Source: Epiperipatus broadwayi
Lineage: Eukaryota > Animalia > Onychophora
Reading direction: 5' to 3'
Length of the DNA stretch: 64,000 nucleotides
Assembly: GCA_028023455.1 (NCBI GenBank)
Contig: JAQFVV010000005.1
Location: forward strand, 12,338,001 to 12,402,000
Notes under the pieces: generated by a model
Seen by the model: only the letters and a program-made list of their open reading frames with translations
Database searches by the model: none
What the model was told of the DNA's origin: nothing
In this document: piece by piece, positions 47,101 through 61,960 of the stretch
How the letters are laid out: each line of letters begins with the position of its first letter
How positions within the stretch are numbered: the stretch's first letter is position 1
Translations under genes and position numbers: made by a program

Positions 47101-50100
47101 GATTTTTTCTCATTAATATTCCAAGTTCCTTACATTTCTTTTATAAAATTCTTATCTCCCTTTTGGAGTAACATGATCTTTTTACTGACTTGTGATACTT
47201 ATTACATTATTTTATTATAATATCTTCAACTTTAACTTGTACTTCAATTTCATAAATCCTTTCAAAATTCTCTAGAATTAGATCTAATTTACTTCCTAGC
47301 CTTTTGGTTTGTTCTTTTAACTCTCTATATATCTTTCATTTATTTCAATTTCATTTATAAATTGTGCCTAAATTCTTCAATATTGCACATTGGAGGTGTT
47401 GAACATATTAATAATATCTCTCAATTCTTTACTTTACTCTTAATTCTTTAATATTTTCATTAACACCTTTAATTTTTTTTTATTTAACATTTCAAAATTT
47501 GGATTACATTCTGAAAAATTCTTATTACTTTCTGCTCTTTAAATTTCTTGAGAAACATGTTTTCCAGATCTGACATACGTATGTCTAATCCTGCTCCCAC
47601 ACTAGGGTTTTCCATAATTATATTTTAACAAAATAAATACATACATATTGTAGCCCTTGGATTTGCCCAGGACTCCATTTTTTGAGTTAACTATGCAAAA
47701 TAAGGTTCAATAAAAATTTTCATAATTTTTTTTTCCTAATAAACAAAATTTTAGCCAAGACTAGGTTTGAACCCGTATTTATAGTGATTGCATACGTTTG
47801 ACTCGGTAGGCAATCTGAAAATTTATCATGAAAATATTTTTAACCAAAAGATTATTTTAATTTATGGGTCAATTTAATATTAAAAATATATTTTTAGAAA
47901 AGCAAGGTTTATACATCATTTGACAGTTGAGTGAAAACGAGGGATGTGTGACTCTTAAAACTACATTAGATAGGGATAATGGATAGTCAGAATTTTATAC
48001 TGATAAGCTAGAAATAAATAGTTTATGAGATTAAATGATAATAATATAATAGTTATAATAATTAAGGATTAAAGTATTAAATCGGTTTAATTAAAGAATT
48101 GTATACATGCAATGTGTGTGTGTATTTAATCTAATTGTGGACTTTAATTGTAAAGTTCACAATTAATAATCATTCATCATTTTGTAAGGAAATCTAAAAA
48201 GAAATTAAGTCATTTTTGAATAGTTTATTATTAGCAGCCAAAAATTAGTTCAAAATACTGGGTTTGAAGTTGGACTTCTATATATATTTTTATTAATGGA
48301 AAAAGTAAAAAGGGGGGAGAGAAAGATTTCTGTTATTTATTTTAAAGAGATTTCTGTCTTTGTTTTACCACACGTGTTGTATTACCAAGTAAATTATCAG
48401 AGCCATTTAAATGATATAAATTTCACCAAGGAATTTAAGTGTAAAATTAATGGGTAATTATATCGGTTGAATGTAAAATTAATTGGTGGTCATCTGTTAG
48501 AATGCAGAAGTGAATTTGGCATGTTTTTTCTAAAAGAGCAAAAGATTAAAATTAACCAGAGACAAAAATAAACAAGATTCAATTAATTAAGAAAAGAGAA
48601 TAACCAGAATAAGGGTCAATACAATTTTATAGAAGGGGGAAACAGGAGAGTAAAGAAAAAGCAGACTATATAAAATCTCTGTTTTTAGCAGAAGGTAGCT
48701 AGTCTATTTGAAACTTTCTGTTTGCAACTTTGCGATAAAATTTGAAAGAAATATTTTTTTTTTTTGGAAAAAAGAAATCATTTATTATTACACTTTTGTC
48801 TCTTGAAAACAACTTTGCTAAATTTAACATTGTATTAAGAAAAGACAATGTTTATTGAATAAATTTTAAGTGGGCACACACATTTACTCTCCAGAAGTTA
48901 GTCAATGGTCATGATTGGATCAGCAAATGGTAAAAATTTAAAACCCAGAAGTTTGATATTGTATGTATAAACGTTCAATTTGAATGTAAAAATGAATTTA
49001 AAGAGGGAAAAAGACAATCAGAAATGGACTTATATCTTGGAAAATTTAAACGAGTGCTGTTTAACTGTAATCTACATAAAAGTAAAAATGAGAAACTCAT
49101 TTCAGCAGTATAAAAATCGTATATCTGATGGCATAGGAATCAAACCCCATCACAAGAACTTTTTGCTACATAGACTCATGTGCTCATACAAACAAATTAA
49201 GAAGGAAAAGAAAAGGGAAAAATGGAAACCAGAAACTTGATGGACACTTCCAAAGAACTCTATATAAGTATAATTTTTTTTCTTTTCGCTATTTATGTAG
49301 GACATTTAATTTACAAACATTTTTTAAAAAAAGAATTTCTTTCTTTATGTTTATCATGTATATCCATTTTAAAATTAATTCATGTTATAATTATAATTGT
49401 TTATTTTGGGGGTAGAAATATTGATATCAGATGATTTTGTGTTCATTTTAAATGCTTTTGTTATCCTTGTCATTTTGGGGGTAGGTGAAATTGATATCAT
49501 GTCATTCTGATGTGCCTTATTTAAAATGCTTTACCAACATTTTTTTAAAAAAAAAAACGAGAGATATCATTATTAAGGGAAATGTTTTGAATGAATCGTA
49601 TCAGAAGTTATTGTCAAATGTTTAGTCTTATAAAATTGCATGACTAGTGAGCTAAAACATCATCATTTTCTTATAAAAGTGCATGGAAATAGTTTTAAAA
49701 TTTTAATACGCATTTCTTATTATGTCTTATTATTGTTATCATAAATTTAAAGCCAGATACAAACTGATTAATGCTTGGAAAATTTATTGGCTCATATTCC
49801 AGTGCACTAATTCGCCAGAATATTAAAGATATGAAAGTTTTACTTGTAGAAGTTGATGTTTCGACCTGGATGTAATGTGGATGGACAACAGTCTCCACCA
49901 AGCCAGTGAAGTCTAGCTCTCTAAGATATTTATGCTATATTCATAAAGTATTTGAACACAGTGGAAGATGAATAGATATTAGATAGGAATTTAAATGTGC
50001 AAACCTGTCATCTATTGGTATTTATAGCTTACACTAAATGACACTACTGAAACTTGTACAAGAAAAAGAAATGTGATATTGTTTATACCTGAATTTTGTT

Positions 50101-50779
50101 AACTAAAATTTATTTTTAGTGATGCTTCTGAAGTTACCATGATGACAATATCATCAAAGCATGGTACCACACCTTAAAATAATGTATCTTTCTTTGTCTG
50201 AAAGATATTTAGTGATCCCACTTAGCAATTAAATAAATGCACAAGTAGTTATGATTAAAATCTCAGCAGCTTTCTTGCTAATCAGAAAATGGTGAAGTGT
50301 TGCATTGAGATCTAACTTTGCACAGTTTAATACTCTTCTCTAGTATAAACTAGGACTTCATTAAAAACTGAGTACTCATTTTTTAGATTTTTATTTTCTG
50401 TAATGCAGATGCTGCAAATACATTTTTGTTCATTAAATTTCATGATATGACCCACTTGGAGTTTTTACCCAGATTTAATATGCATTTTTAATAAGCTCAT
50501 TCATTTCTACTTTTCTAGGCTTGCAAATAATTGACTTAGCTTGGTTGCTTGGGTCAATTTCTACCAGTGCCATTTTATATTTTCCACTTCATTATTAAAT
50601 AATGGAAAAGATTTTCTTCAAATCTTTTTTTCAGTCATGAACTTCTTAACAAGTGAAATTTCTATATGTAGAGATTTAAACCAATCCCTTTCTAGTACTG
50701 GGTTCATTCATCTCTGAACTATATATATGAAACTATATATTTTATCTTTTAACTTTGCTATTGCTGTAATCTGAATCCC

Positions 50780-51300
50780 ATTTACATCTTATGCTTGTAG
50801 CAGTGTTTCAGATGAGCTTTTTCCAATCCTCATGCATCATAAAAGATATTGCTGACACTATTAAGTTCGATCGGGATGATCCAATTAAATATTAATAACA
50901 AAAATTGATACAGTTTACCATAACTTGTATTTTTTGTGTGCACAAGGATTACTTTTTTTATATATTCTGAATTGTGCTTTACCCTTGCTAAATATCTTGT
51001 GCATCTTTTAGGATGTCATCCCCTTCAATAGTTGAGCTATATTCTCAACATCTCTGTAGGAATAACATTTAAACAATGCTTCTCTGCTATTTACATTTCA
51101 CCCTTCTATGGTAATTGTTTGTTTCAATGACTTTTTGTTTGTTAGGTTTCAGTCTCCATTTATTTAGAATACCTTTAATAGTTTAATGTCTTGCATGCCT
51201 ATCTTTTTTATGGCTTCATTATAAGATAAATCAGCGACAATTGCTGCTTCATCTTTTCATCAGCTATTCCCCAAAGGATTTCATTCAGAAACTCACCATT
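50780..51300 (-). mobile_element. Decayed RTE remnant
   Basis: IPTEMLR (~51045-51065) and MGFR (~50770-50785) fragments. Confidence 0.35.
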
Positions 51301-51615
51301 CATAGATTTTTTTTTGCTACTTCTTTTACTGTTGCATTTAAATTTTATATCCTCTCCCTCATCTCCTTAGCTTGTTTGTGACTCCAAATGTATAGAAATA
51401 TTTTGTTTTATTATTGCCAAGTTGAAATAATTGTTAAACTTTTCAGTTATGACTATATACATTAGATTTTTAGACAAAGATTGTTCCATTTTTCAGTTTA
51501 TCAACAAGTTTCTCTATATGTTTAGTGTTCAAATAACACTCCAATGAGTTAGCAATATTTATTATTTAATGTACACTCGTAATAATGATATTTTCCCCAA
51601 TATAATCATATATAT

Positions 51616-53691
51616 TATAACGATCCAAAAGAAAGCGACTATTGAATCTTACCATAATCTGCACTACAAGGGCGCCATCTAGGCATTTGAACCTAGAAAA
51701 ATTTATAAAGTAGGCAGATACGTGCTGTTAAGATTCCACTTTATTTAAATATTTAGACCGTTAGCCCATTGTCACTAGCTCAGTGGAGACGCAGAGATAA
51801 TAAATAACTTGATTAATTTGTATCTTAAATATATATAAAAAAATAAAAGCCACTGCCAGTAATTAACACACAAACAATATTTATTTACACACATATGTAA
51901 TCATTTTAAATTTGAGGAATAACATTTATTATTTAGATTTTTATATCAATTTTTAATTTAAATTATTATTTTAAGATTGTTGAGTATGAATGAATTTAAT
52001 ATTTTTATTAAGATCGTAGAGTATGAATAGACTACATAGATCTGCACTTGAAAAGAAAATGTTCTACCCCTTATTTAACCTTAGGCCAAAAGTTCGCAGC
52101 CAAACCAATGTCAATCCATCTGATATATCGATGTATTCAATGCAGCATGAATACAACAGCACTAAATATACTATACTGTCAGGAATGTACATCTGAACAG
52201 TATAGTTAAAGAAGAAATTGACTCTCAACCAAATAGGAATGCTACATTTGTTGGCGAGTAGAACAATAAACAAAAAACTTCATAGGAATGGACTGCAGTC
52301 CTTTTTGCCAACTTACAATCCCATCCCATAGGCAAACAGGGGGGTGCAGTGTATATATGCAATCCTGCCCATAGCAGATCTCATGCTACATCTACTAATT
52401 ACACTGATATATCCAATCCATTGACCTAATTTAACTACGAAATAAATAACCTAAGATTACCCTCCCCTAATTAATTAATATAACTTTACAAATCTATATA
52501 GCCATTCACGCCCGACTTAAATTTAACATTTATATACGTTCGCACAGATGAATTTTATAAAATTTGCTTTATAATGTTGAGTATAGATCGGCTGCATAGA
52601 TTCTACGGTTAAAAAACATTCCAAAATAAACATAACCGATCAAAATACAAAGTCATCGATAACATCAATCGCAGAGGGAATACAAGAAACCCAATGGCAT
52701 TCATCATAAGATGCCGCATTGACATCGATGACATATATTCTAATCGAATATGGAAACCACAACCTAATTAACCGCTAATGAATCCATGCAATGTCCATAC
52801 CCAACTTAAATTGATGCATTTAAATAATTTATACAAAAATATTAATAAGAAATGAAAATGGAAATGATTTTAGCAAACTTAACTATGTAAAATTTAAACA
52901 TTAATTATTAATTTGGAAAGTCAGATTAAAGTTCGTTTACAAAAAAAAAATGTTTAGCTTGTTAAATCTTTAAAGTACAATTGACGAAAGTTATTAATTA
53001 CTTTTTTTTTTGTTAATTTGTAAAGTTCATAGCTCACGGTAGAAGAGTCCAGGTTCCTGTTTTTAATTCCCGCGGCATCTCCATTGAAAGACCGATTTGA
53101 TGTTCTGGAGGTGACCTTAGCTGGTTTCATTTTAGAATTACAGTCATTTCATTTTTTTTAAAAAAGAGTGTGATATGTGCGTCCTATCGCACGTCTCAAA
53201 CACAAAAAAGCTGGAACTCTCTGGAACTCAATACTTCTCTTTTTATAGTATCCACACAGATTCAACCAACAAAACGTCACTAATCCATCATTTTCATTCG
53301 GGTCCGGGCTGAGGCTTGGTGCTTCCATTGGTCAAGCTAATTCTTTTTATTCTCTTATCTATCTTATCCTCTGACTTTTTAATTACAGTATATAAGAGCC
53401 CAGGGGCTAGTTTGCTTTTCAATTCATAAACAATCATTTCCATTTACAAAATATATAAATCTTTTTACAAAAATATTTTATCTTTAAATTTTGTACTTCT
53501 TTATAACAAAGTACGTTCAAATACTTTTATTTATTAAAAAAAAATAATTTTAAAGTTTTGCATCTGTGCGAATATATATACATTTAACAACTCTTTAATT
53601 TTAGTTTTCAGATTTTTAATAAATGTATTTTTATTTGCGAACTTAGTTTTTACTTTAAATTAATGTAACGGCATATTTATATATCGTTACA
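51616..53691. mobile_element. Possible second TGTAACG-type LTR-like element
   Basis: Ends TATAACGA...TCGTTACA (7/8 inverted match); flanks ATAT / ATGT (3/4); CpG-richer than its surroundings; no coding remnant. Confidence 0.3.
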
Positions 53692-56600
53692 ATGTTAATG
53701 GAATTTACTCTAATGCAATGTTTTTTCTATACAAAGACAGTTTAATTAGATTTGGTTGTAATTCAAGTTCTATACTGGGTGGTCCATCTGATGTGCATTA
53801 CTATGGTTTATCTCCATTTTGCAAATTTGAATTCTATATATTATTTGTACCAGTCTGATATATATACTCTGCATAGTATTCTTTACTCCCAGCAGTTGAG
53901 AAATATTAAGAATAGGATGCAGACATAAAATCTAATTATTGAGTCAGATAAGACTCTTAATTAAAGAATCCCTTAAATCTAAATAGATTTAACTAAAAAA
54001 AATCTACTTATAGATATTTTTTTAAATAACAAAATTATTTTATTAAATATATCAAAAATAATAAAATTTATGTTACATCAAAATAAAATATGAAAGAGAA
54101 AAACATTTTTTTTTAATAAGAAATTTATACACAGATTCAAGATCCTAACTAATACACGTAAATAAAAATTGCATCATGATATTTTCCTTTTTGCCAAGAA
54201 ATTTTAAAGTATAATTAAAATAATTTTTAAAAAGGGTAATGTTTCTCTACTGTTATTGCAATTTTAACAAAAATGTTTTTTATATTTATTATGAAAAACA
54301 AAGACATATTTACTATTTACATGACTAAAAAATAATAATAAAAGGTAATGGAAATGAATTTCAGATATAGGTTCAAATTTTAAAATTAAGAGAAATAAAT
54401 ACACAATTTAAAACATTAAACTTTTTAAAAGCAGATATTTCATTTATATAAGAGAAATATGGTAAAAAATATTTCACTTTCTCTTAGATATGAAAATTCT
54501 CATTTTGCATTGAGATAGTAGGATAAACAATAACTATTATTTTATGATGAAGATCACTATTAAACAGTGAAATATATTACTCTTTGAAGTGTGTTTAAGA
54601 TGTGTATATAAATTTAAAAACACTATATCCATTACAACTTACTTTTCAAGAAAGGTATAATAAAATGAGCACTAATTATTTAATAATCTGTGGTAATTTC
54701 AAAAATATTTCAATCACTGGAGAATGGATTTTACTATTTATTAGTTATGAATAACCACAGAAAGGGCATGTATTAACATTAGCCAATTTTGTTATCTTTA
54801 AAAATAGTATTATAGAAATTACTTATTTCTGTAAAAGCTAATCAGTTTTGTGCTTTTCATTTTTTCAACAAAATATTTTTTTTAAAATTTAAATTGGCAT
54901 TTTTTGAAAGACAATGTGCAAATAGTTGGCCTTATCAAGACAAAATAATTTGATACAGATTCTACATCAGGATAAAATTTTGTTTTAAATTAGTTTGTAA
55001 TGCTTAATTCCAGATATAGAATTACAAATACTAGTTTTGAGCAAGTTTACAATATAATTGCATACAAGAGATAATAGGAATTATATTTAATTAGTAATAT
55101 TTTCTCTATTTATATATTTTAAATTATTTAAAATATAACAATGTAATACTGAATTTATCTTTTTAAAGAAATCTATTGATCAAAAAATTTGAACATTTTT
55201 ATTAAGATGTCAAATAATAAGATTGTTTGTACAATTTATATTATTTTAAAATATTTGAGCCCTTGCACTTTTAAATATTTGTCTGACAATTACCATTATG
55301 AAAAATGGCTTACACTAATACTAAAGTTAAAACTCCTTTTTTGAATCTCAAACAACTCAATTTATTAACGTTCACAAATAGCTTATTTATCATTCTTAGA
55401 TTAGAGTCAATATCATGACTGTCCATCAAAGGAAAATCATAAAATTTTTAAGACCAATGATCTTGGTTCAAATTATTTCTTGTAGTATGTGTAATAGTGA
55501 TAAAAAAAAATTAAAAGTATAACCAAAGATACATGAGCTCAGTGAATAAAAGTTAACAAAAAACTTCAAACATCAAAAATAAATTCCAAGATATCATAAA
55601 TCATCTCTAAGCCAGGAATCCAGATTAATATTCATTTATTATAAATTACAATAATACATGTAAATTTTCTCAATTCTGCATTGAAATCACAATAATGAAA
55701 GATTACAGGTTTAATACAATTGGAGCATACTACTCCAATAATAATAGAAATGATTTAGATATCAATATATAATAATATATTATACATTTGTACTTTTAAT
55801 ATTTCTGTTCTCTTTTCACAAAATGATTCACTGAGCTACATAAAATTTTAAATTAGCTATTCGTTTTTATACAAAGACATTATGCTTTATATCAAGCATG
55901 GGTAACTATATAATTTTTTATATAAAACTTAAAATAACTTTCTTCAAAAATAATTTGTTTTAGAATACTTTGTATTCTTTTAATGATATAGCTCAATTTA
56001 TGAACAAAATCTCAAAGTGACCCACTGCTTGAAAGAGTTTGGAATGCTTACTTTTATACATATGTATGTAATAATAATTCAACACTAAAATCTTATTCCT
56101 TATAAATCTTGGGTTTTCAAAGCAGCCATATTATAGTTGCAAATGTAAATAAGTATTAATTTGGTACTCATATTTATGACAATCCAGCCCACTTGATGGT
56201 GCTGTTTCCATGCAAAAGCACAGAAATATGCCATTTACACAGCCAAATTTATGGCCTATAGAACACTTGTGTTCATACTAGCCATTGCAGGCCTAGATTG
56301 CATTGCACATGGCCTGCTGATGTGCTTTGCAATACTATATAAATAGTGCACACTTCACATATCGCTACCATACGATGTGAGGGTGTATAGAATTCAACTG
56401 CCATAACTCTTAATGTGCATTCGAAGTAATAATCTTATACCCTACCTGATGTACTGTTACATAGTAATAATTATAAGCTTGTCGCATGCTTCCCTACACA
56501 TCTTTGAAGGTGAATTTAATTTCAAAAGAGTAGGTTCCAGCATCATTTCAAAGAATTCATGGGAAAAGTCATGTTTGCTCGAGAACAGCTACGAGACTAC

Positions 56601-58541
56601 TAAAATGGCTATGGTGGAGCTAAAGGCTGAAATGTATAAAGGAATTTAAAAATATAATTATTCCATTCTATTAAATAATGTTTCATAAAGAACAGCTACA
56701 AGACGAATCAAATGTCTGAGGTTGCACATCATTTTAGAAATCCTAGGATTGGTTTGATCAGAGTAGTAAATTTATTGGCTGATCCTTTGGATCAGCAAAA
56801 ACAGCAGTCACTCTCCCTGCACCTTCCAGTGAAATGCACTGAAATATACAATGTAATTAAAAACTGTAATTTAGGAAATAATGTTTAAAAAAGTAAATGT
56901 ATTTTGAAAGAAAGTCAATGTTTTATATCTAAAAAAAATGTAAATCCCCCAAAAGAAAAGAAACCGGTGAAAGCGTATTTTAAAAAAAATTAAAGTATAA
57001 ATCAGTCCGGTAACATTATATCTATTTGTTTCTCACTAGCAACAACGTCATCGAGCGGGATGAATTGTCATAAGTATGAGTACCATTAATTTTAATATTA
57101 CAATTCTGTACATTAAATTTACTTTTAACAATAATTATAAATAATTTAAACATTTTTTTTTTAATATTAATACAGATTTTTTATACAATAATAATGAAAA
57201 AATACTATTAATGTCGTGTGTTGATTACTAGAATGACAATAACATATTCTGGAGCTAAAAGTATTTGGATCATGATCACAGTTGTCATTTCTAATGTTCA
57301 ATTATCTCATAACCTTATGAGTAATGAACTATTTAATTTCTTTTTTAATAAATATTTATTAATTAGATATGTTGCAATTATGAATATCTTAATAAAGATC
57401 TTTATATAACAATAATATGAAAAATAAGTGTTTAATAATTAATTCTTTTCATGGTAATTGGGTTACAATGTACTCTGAGTTACCTATTTTGTGTAAAGTT
57501 CTGCAATTAAAGTTAATCTTTTTTAAAAAGATAAACTACAATTTATATCTTTTAAAAAGTTAGCTATAAAATTATTCTGTTACCGTTTTTTTTTTAGGTG
57601 GAAAAAATTAAAATCACAAATTAAATCGAATAAATAGACAAAAATAAATATGCATGACACTCACAATTGACTCATTTAAAATTAATAATAAGTTTTAAAG
57701 CTCTCAGAAAATTGAATAGAAAATTTTTTTAGATTACAAAAGATATTACAAAGTTTTCATTTAATGTTATTAATAATAATGGCCATATTAAATCATATTT
57801 AATTCATTAAATGTACTTATTATTTTGAAACTTAATCAGAAATTTGGGAATATCTTGAATAAACACATTTTTTAAAAATTTTACATTATAGAATAACTTT
57901 AAATTTTCAAAGTCAGTTTTATGATATTGTGATTTAATCCTTCTATTGGAAGTTTATAACTTACATCCATGACTTTTTGAAATCTCGTTTTACATAAGTC
58001 AATTTTTTTCCATTTATATGAACATTTTTAAGCAAATAATTATAAAATATCATAGAAGATGTTTATATAACATAAAACAAATAAGAACCAAGTGTTGGCT
58101 TGTATATCACACATTTTTTGCTTCATATCTATTGAAAATTCTTTATATAATTTGAATTTACATGAGTCAGGATTATTTTAGAGAGCCACCTGAGTTTATT
58201 TAATCAATATTGAGATTTTTAAGTAAAATATTGTAAATTCTTTATTCATCTTAATTCAATCTCATTCCAAACACACACCTATATAAATGCTTTGTTTTCT
58301 CATAAAAGACAACTGGAATTAGATAATAGGGTGCAATAAAAAATTCTAACAGTCAACAATAATAAAGTCTGTTTACTGATACAAGAAATCATTTTATTAT
58401 CATTAGAGTTTTAGACTACTATAAGCATTGATCAATGCTAACAATTAATATAGCTTAACATTCTGAAATACTTTTTATTAAAATTCTTTTTAACACAATT
58501 TTTTTATAATTAGAATTCTTATAATTCTGCTACCGATAACA

Positions 58542-59762
58542 TTATTTTAAAAACAGTATTAATGAATGCACTGTATTTAATTCACCAAAGAATAGATCAT
58601 CTGATGTGAATTGTATGAAAATTTCAAGTGTGTCATGATCAGTGAAATGACTCACTTCATGATTTTCCAGAACACTTTTCTCTATGTCTTTATAATCACA
58701 CAAATAACATTTAAATACTTTTGCATTACATTTATTATCCAGTGCACAATTTCTTTCTAGTTTAGTTTGATCATTTCTCAAACTATTTTGAAAAAGCTTT
58801 TTAGAGTCACAAACATCAGAATAAAAAAAGTTTGCCCTTATATGCGTTTTTTCATGCAATATTAAGCTATATTTATCTGCACTACTATAACTGCATAAGT
58901 TGCATTGAAAATTTTTTTCTATATGAGACATTTCATGTTCAAACATTTTAAAATTATACAAATTACATTGAAAAACATTTTCTTGTATACGAATTACTTC
59001 ATGATTTTTTAGAAAATCGTTTTGACCAGCTGTAAAATCAGACAAGCTGAAAGACTGAGGTTTTATGCTTGTATGATTGTTTTCATGTATATGTAAAATA
59101 TTTTCTTGTGTTGTCTTGAAATCACAAAAGTTGCACTGGAATGTACTTTCTTCTAAATGTGTTCTTTCATGTTCCTTTAATTTCTTTTCTACAGCAGTCT
59201 TGAAATCACACAAGCAGCATTTGAAACAGTTTTTTCCAGTATGAATTATTTCATGGGTTTTTAAGGTACTTTTTTGAGCAGCCCTAAAACCACATAAACT
59301 GCATTGGAAAGGTCTTTCTCCTGAATGAACTCTTTCATGGAGTTTTAGATAGCTTTTTTGAGCAGATTTGAAATCACAAATCTTGCACTGGAAAGGTTTT
59401 TCTCCTGTGTGAGTTCTTTCGTGCAATAGTAAGTTATATTTAGCTGTAGTATTGTAATTACACAAGCCACATTTGAAAGGCTTTTCACCAGTATGAGTCC
59501 TTTCATGTTGTTTTAAGTATCTTTTGTGAGCAGTTTTGAAATCGCACAATTTACATTGAAAAGCCTTTTCTCCTGTATGAATTACTTCATGTTGCTTTAG
59601 ATAGCCCTTTTGAGCAGCTCTGAAATCGCAAAAGCTACATGCATATGGTTTTTCTCCTGTATGATTGCTTTCATGTATTTTTAAAGTATATTTGTATGCG
59701 GTATTGAATTCACAAAAGCTGCACTGAAAAGATTTTTCTCCCATCTGTGTTCTCTGATGCAT
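58542..59762 (-). CDS. Tandem C2H2 zinc-finger protein ZF-B (406 aa, 10 intact fingers), paralogue of ZF-A
   Basis: Uninterrupted CxxC-x12-HxxxH array that aligns end-to-end with ZF-A. Confidence 0.93.
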   Translation of the reverse strand: MHQRTQMGEKSFQCSFCEFNTAYKYTLKIHESNHTGEKPYACSFCDFRAAQKGYLKQHEVIHTGEKAFQCKLCDFKTAHKRYLKQHERTHTGEKPFKCGLCNYNTTAKYNLLLHERTHTGEKPFQCKICDFKSAQKSYLKLHERVHSGERPFQCSLCGFRAAQKSTLKTHEIIHTGKNCFKCCLCDFKTAVEKKLKEHERTHLEESTFQCNFCDFKTTQENILHIHENNHTSIKPQSFSLSDFTAGQNDFLKNHEVIRIQENVFQCNLYNFKMFEHEMSHIEKNFQCNLCSYSSADKYSLILHEKTHIRANFFYSDVCDSKKLFQNSLRNDQTKLERNCALDNKCNAKVFKCYLCDYKDIEKSVLENHEVSHFTDHDTLEIFIQFTSDDLFFGELNTVHSLILFLK

Positions 59763-60780
59763 TTTTAAGTTTAGTTATTACAGTAGCCTAAAAATTATAG
59801 AACACAATGGAATGTTTATAATTTGTATGATTGCTTTCATGTACATTTAAATTATTTTTTCAGATAATCTTATGACAAAGACATACAGCAAAGGTTTTTC
59901 TACTGCATCAATACTTTTATGAAATTCTTCTGGTAGATGTGATATCACAAACATGCTGTTTTGTTCCTATATGCATTTCTTTAGGGTAATACATTTTTGC
60001 AGGAATCTTGAAATAATATAAATTGCAATAAAATTGTCTTTTTCCTTTAAGTTTTCTTTCATGCAATTTTAACCTTTTTGCAACAGTCTTAAATTACATG
60101 AATTGTATTTGAACAGTTAGTTTTTCTCTAGTAATTATTTCATAGTTTTTAAAGATACTCTGCATTGGAAAGGTTGTTCTCTAATATGAAATCATTCATG
60201 TATTCAGACAGTCTGAAGTTATATAAATTACATAGGAAAAATGTTTCTCCTGTACAAATTCTTTTGTAGACTATTAAATAATTTTAGAACAGTCATAAAA
60301 TCACAAAAGGCACATAGGAACAGTTATTTATTCTCTCTGATTACTTTAATGCTGTGCAATTGTAAAATTACCTAAGGTACATTTAAAAGATTTTTCTTCA
60401 GTTCTTGCAAGCACAATTACAAAACTTCCTTCATCTTAAAACTACATAAATTAAAATAGATAAACTTTCCTCTTCTATATATTCTTTCATATATTAATTT
60501 AGATTCCAAAGTTGCAATGGAAAGATTTTTTCATCTGTATGCATCTATTCTTTTTTTTTTTTTTTCTGAGTAGTTTTTTACAGAACATAAGCTATAATGA
60601 AAAGTATTTATTTTCCTCATGATTTTTTAAAATATAAGTGAAATATTTTTGTTTGTATACTAGAAATCAAACAAAATGCTCTAGAATGTTGCTTTTTCTA
60701 TGCACTTTTTCATGTAATTCTAAAATATTTATCTAAGCAGTCATGAAATCACAAAAACAGAAAAGCTTCTTTCTACAAAA
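59763..60780 (-). pseudogene. Eroded zinc-finger repeats upstream of ZF-B
   Basis: LNVHESNHT (~59820-59848) and ICTGETF (~60240-60260) remnants with stops. Confidence 0.65.
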
Positions 60781-61352
60781 GTTAATCACCCATTTTAAAA
60801 TACTTATTAGAAAATCACTTATATTTTATGGTAATCTTTCCATTTCACAAGCTTCAAAAGTTTTATTTCACATAAATGTATCACCTATTTGATTATCATC
60901 TGGTCACAATTAGCAATTTGAATTTCTTTTACTAAATGTACACATTTTTAATATATATTGAATAAAATCTTTTGTCGTAATCATATAAATAGCACTCACA
61001 GATTCTATGCCTGCATGTATTCTCTGGTCCATTTGTTCAATTTTGTCTTTTTCTTTTGCGTGATCCCATTTATCATTTAAGTCAATATAATAAAGCACTA
61101 TGGTGAGAAATTATATAAATTTATGAAATTAGTTTTTAACGTAAAATAATATAGCAATGATTTTGTTTTAAAACCCATCAAATCATATTTCATACCACAA
61201 TATAGTTTTAAATAATTTATTATCTATTAAAATCTGAGAACAAATAAAATGAATTCTATCACATTGAGAAACCTATATTAGTCAAAATAAAACAATCATA
61301 ATATAATTATAATAATGGCTAAATTTTAACTTTGTTAGTGCAATGTTCATAC

Positions 61353-61960
61353 CTTTCATTGCTTTATTAAATTCTCTTATGTCCAAACCATTTTTTCTGT
61401 GTATCATATTAATAAATTATCTTGTAAAATATACATATTAAAAATATTTTAAATTAAACAACAAATCAATAATAAAATTTACATCCATGTAATGTATACA
61501 TATTTTAAATGATTTTTAGCTGAAATTATATCTTAAAATTTCAAATTGAAACCATTTCTTGAATTGATAATATTATTTATATAGAAACAGAATTGTTCAT
61601 GTTATCTTTAGTAATAAATAGCATTTCATCTTAATAATATTCTCTAAAGTGATCCCCTATCTATAAATAATTATTAGAAATAATCACTATAAATCAATTG
61701 TTATAGATGATGATGATGCAACACAGAATGAAGACTTTATAAAACTGTCATGACTATATAATCACAAATTATTCTTAAGCTTATAAATGAGTTGGCTAGA
61801 AACATTTTTATTAATAATCAATGATGAAGGAGTAACATGGAATAAGTTATAACAGCAACAGATTTTTGAAGATGGCTTTTATCTGCAATACAATCACAGT
61901 GATCACAAGAAATTATAGTAATTCTAAAATTGAAATTTCCAGATGTGCATTGCTGCAAAC
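61353..61960 (-). other. Candidate non-coding 5' exon of ZF-B
   Basis: Acceptor (T)nATAG|G at 61961 and donor AAG|GTATGA at 61352; 608 bp versus 602 bp in the paralogue. Confidence 0.45.

Noticed and set aside
47757-47815. SINE or tRNA from a B-box-like GGTTCAAACC (minus strand)
   Set aside because: No A box or tRNA-like context was found.
50160-50720. hAT transposase remnant (LISKKAAEILIITTC)
   Set aside because: Similarity is too weak to support by eye.
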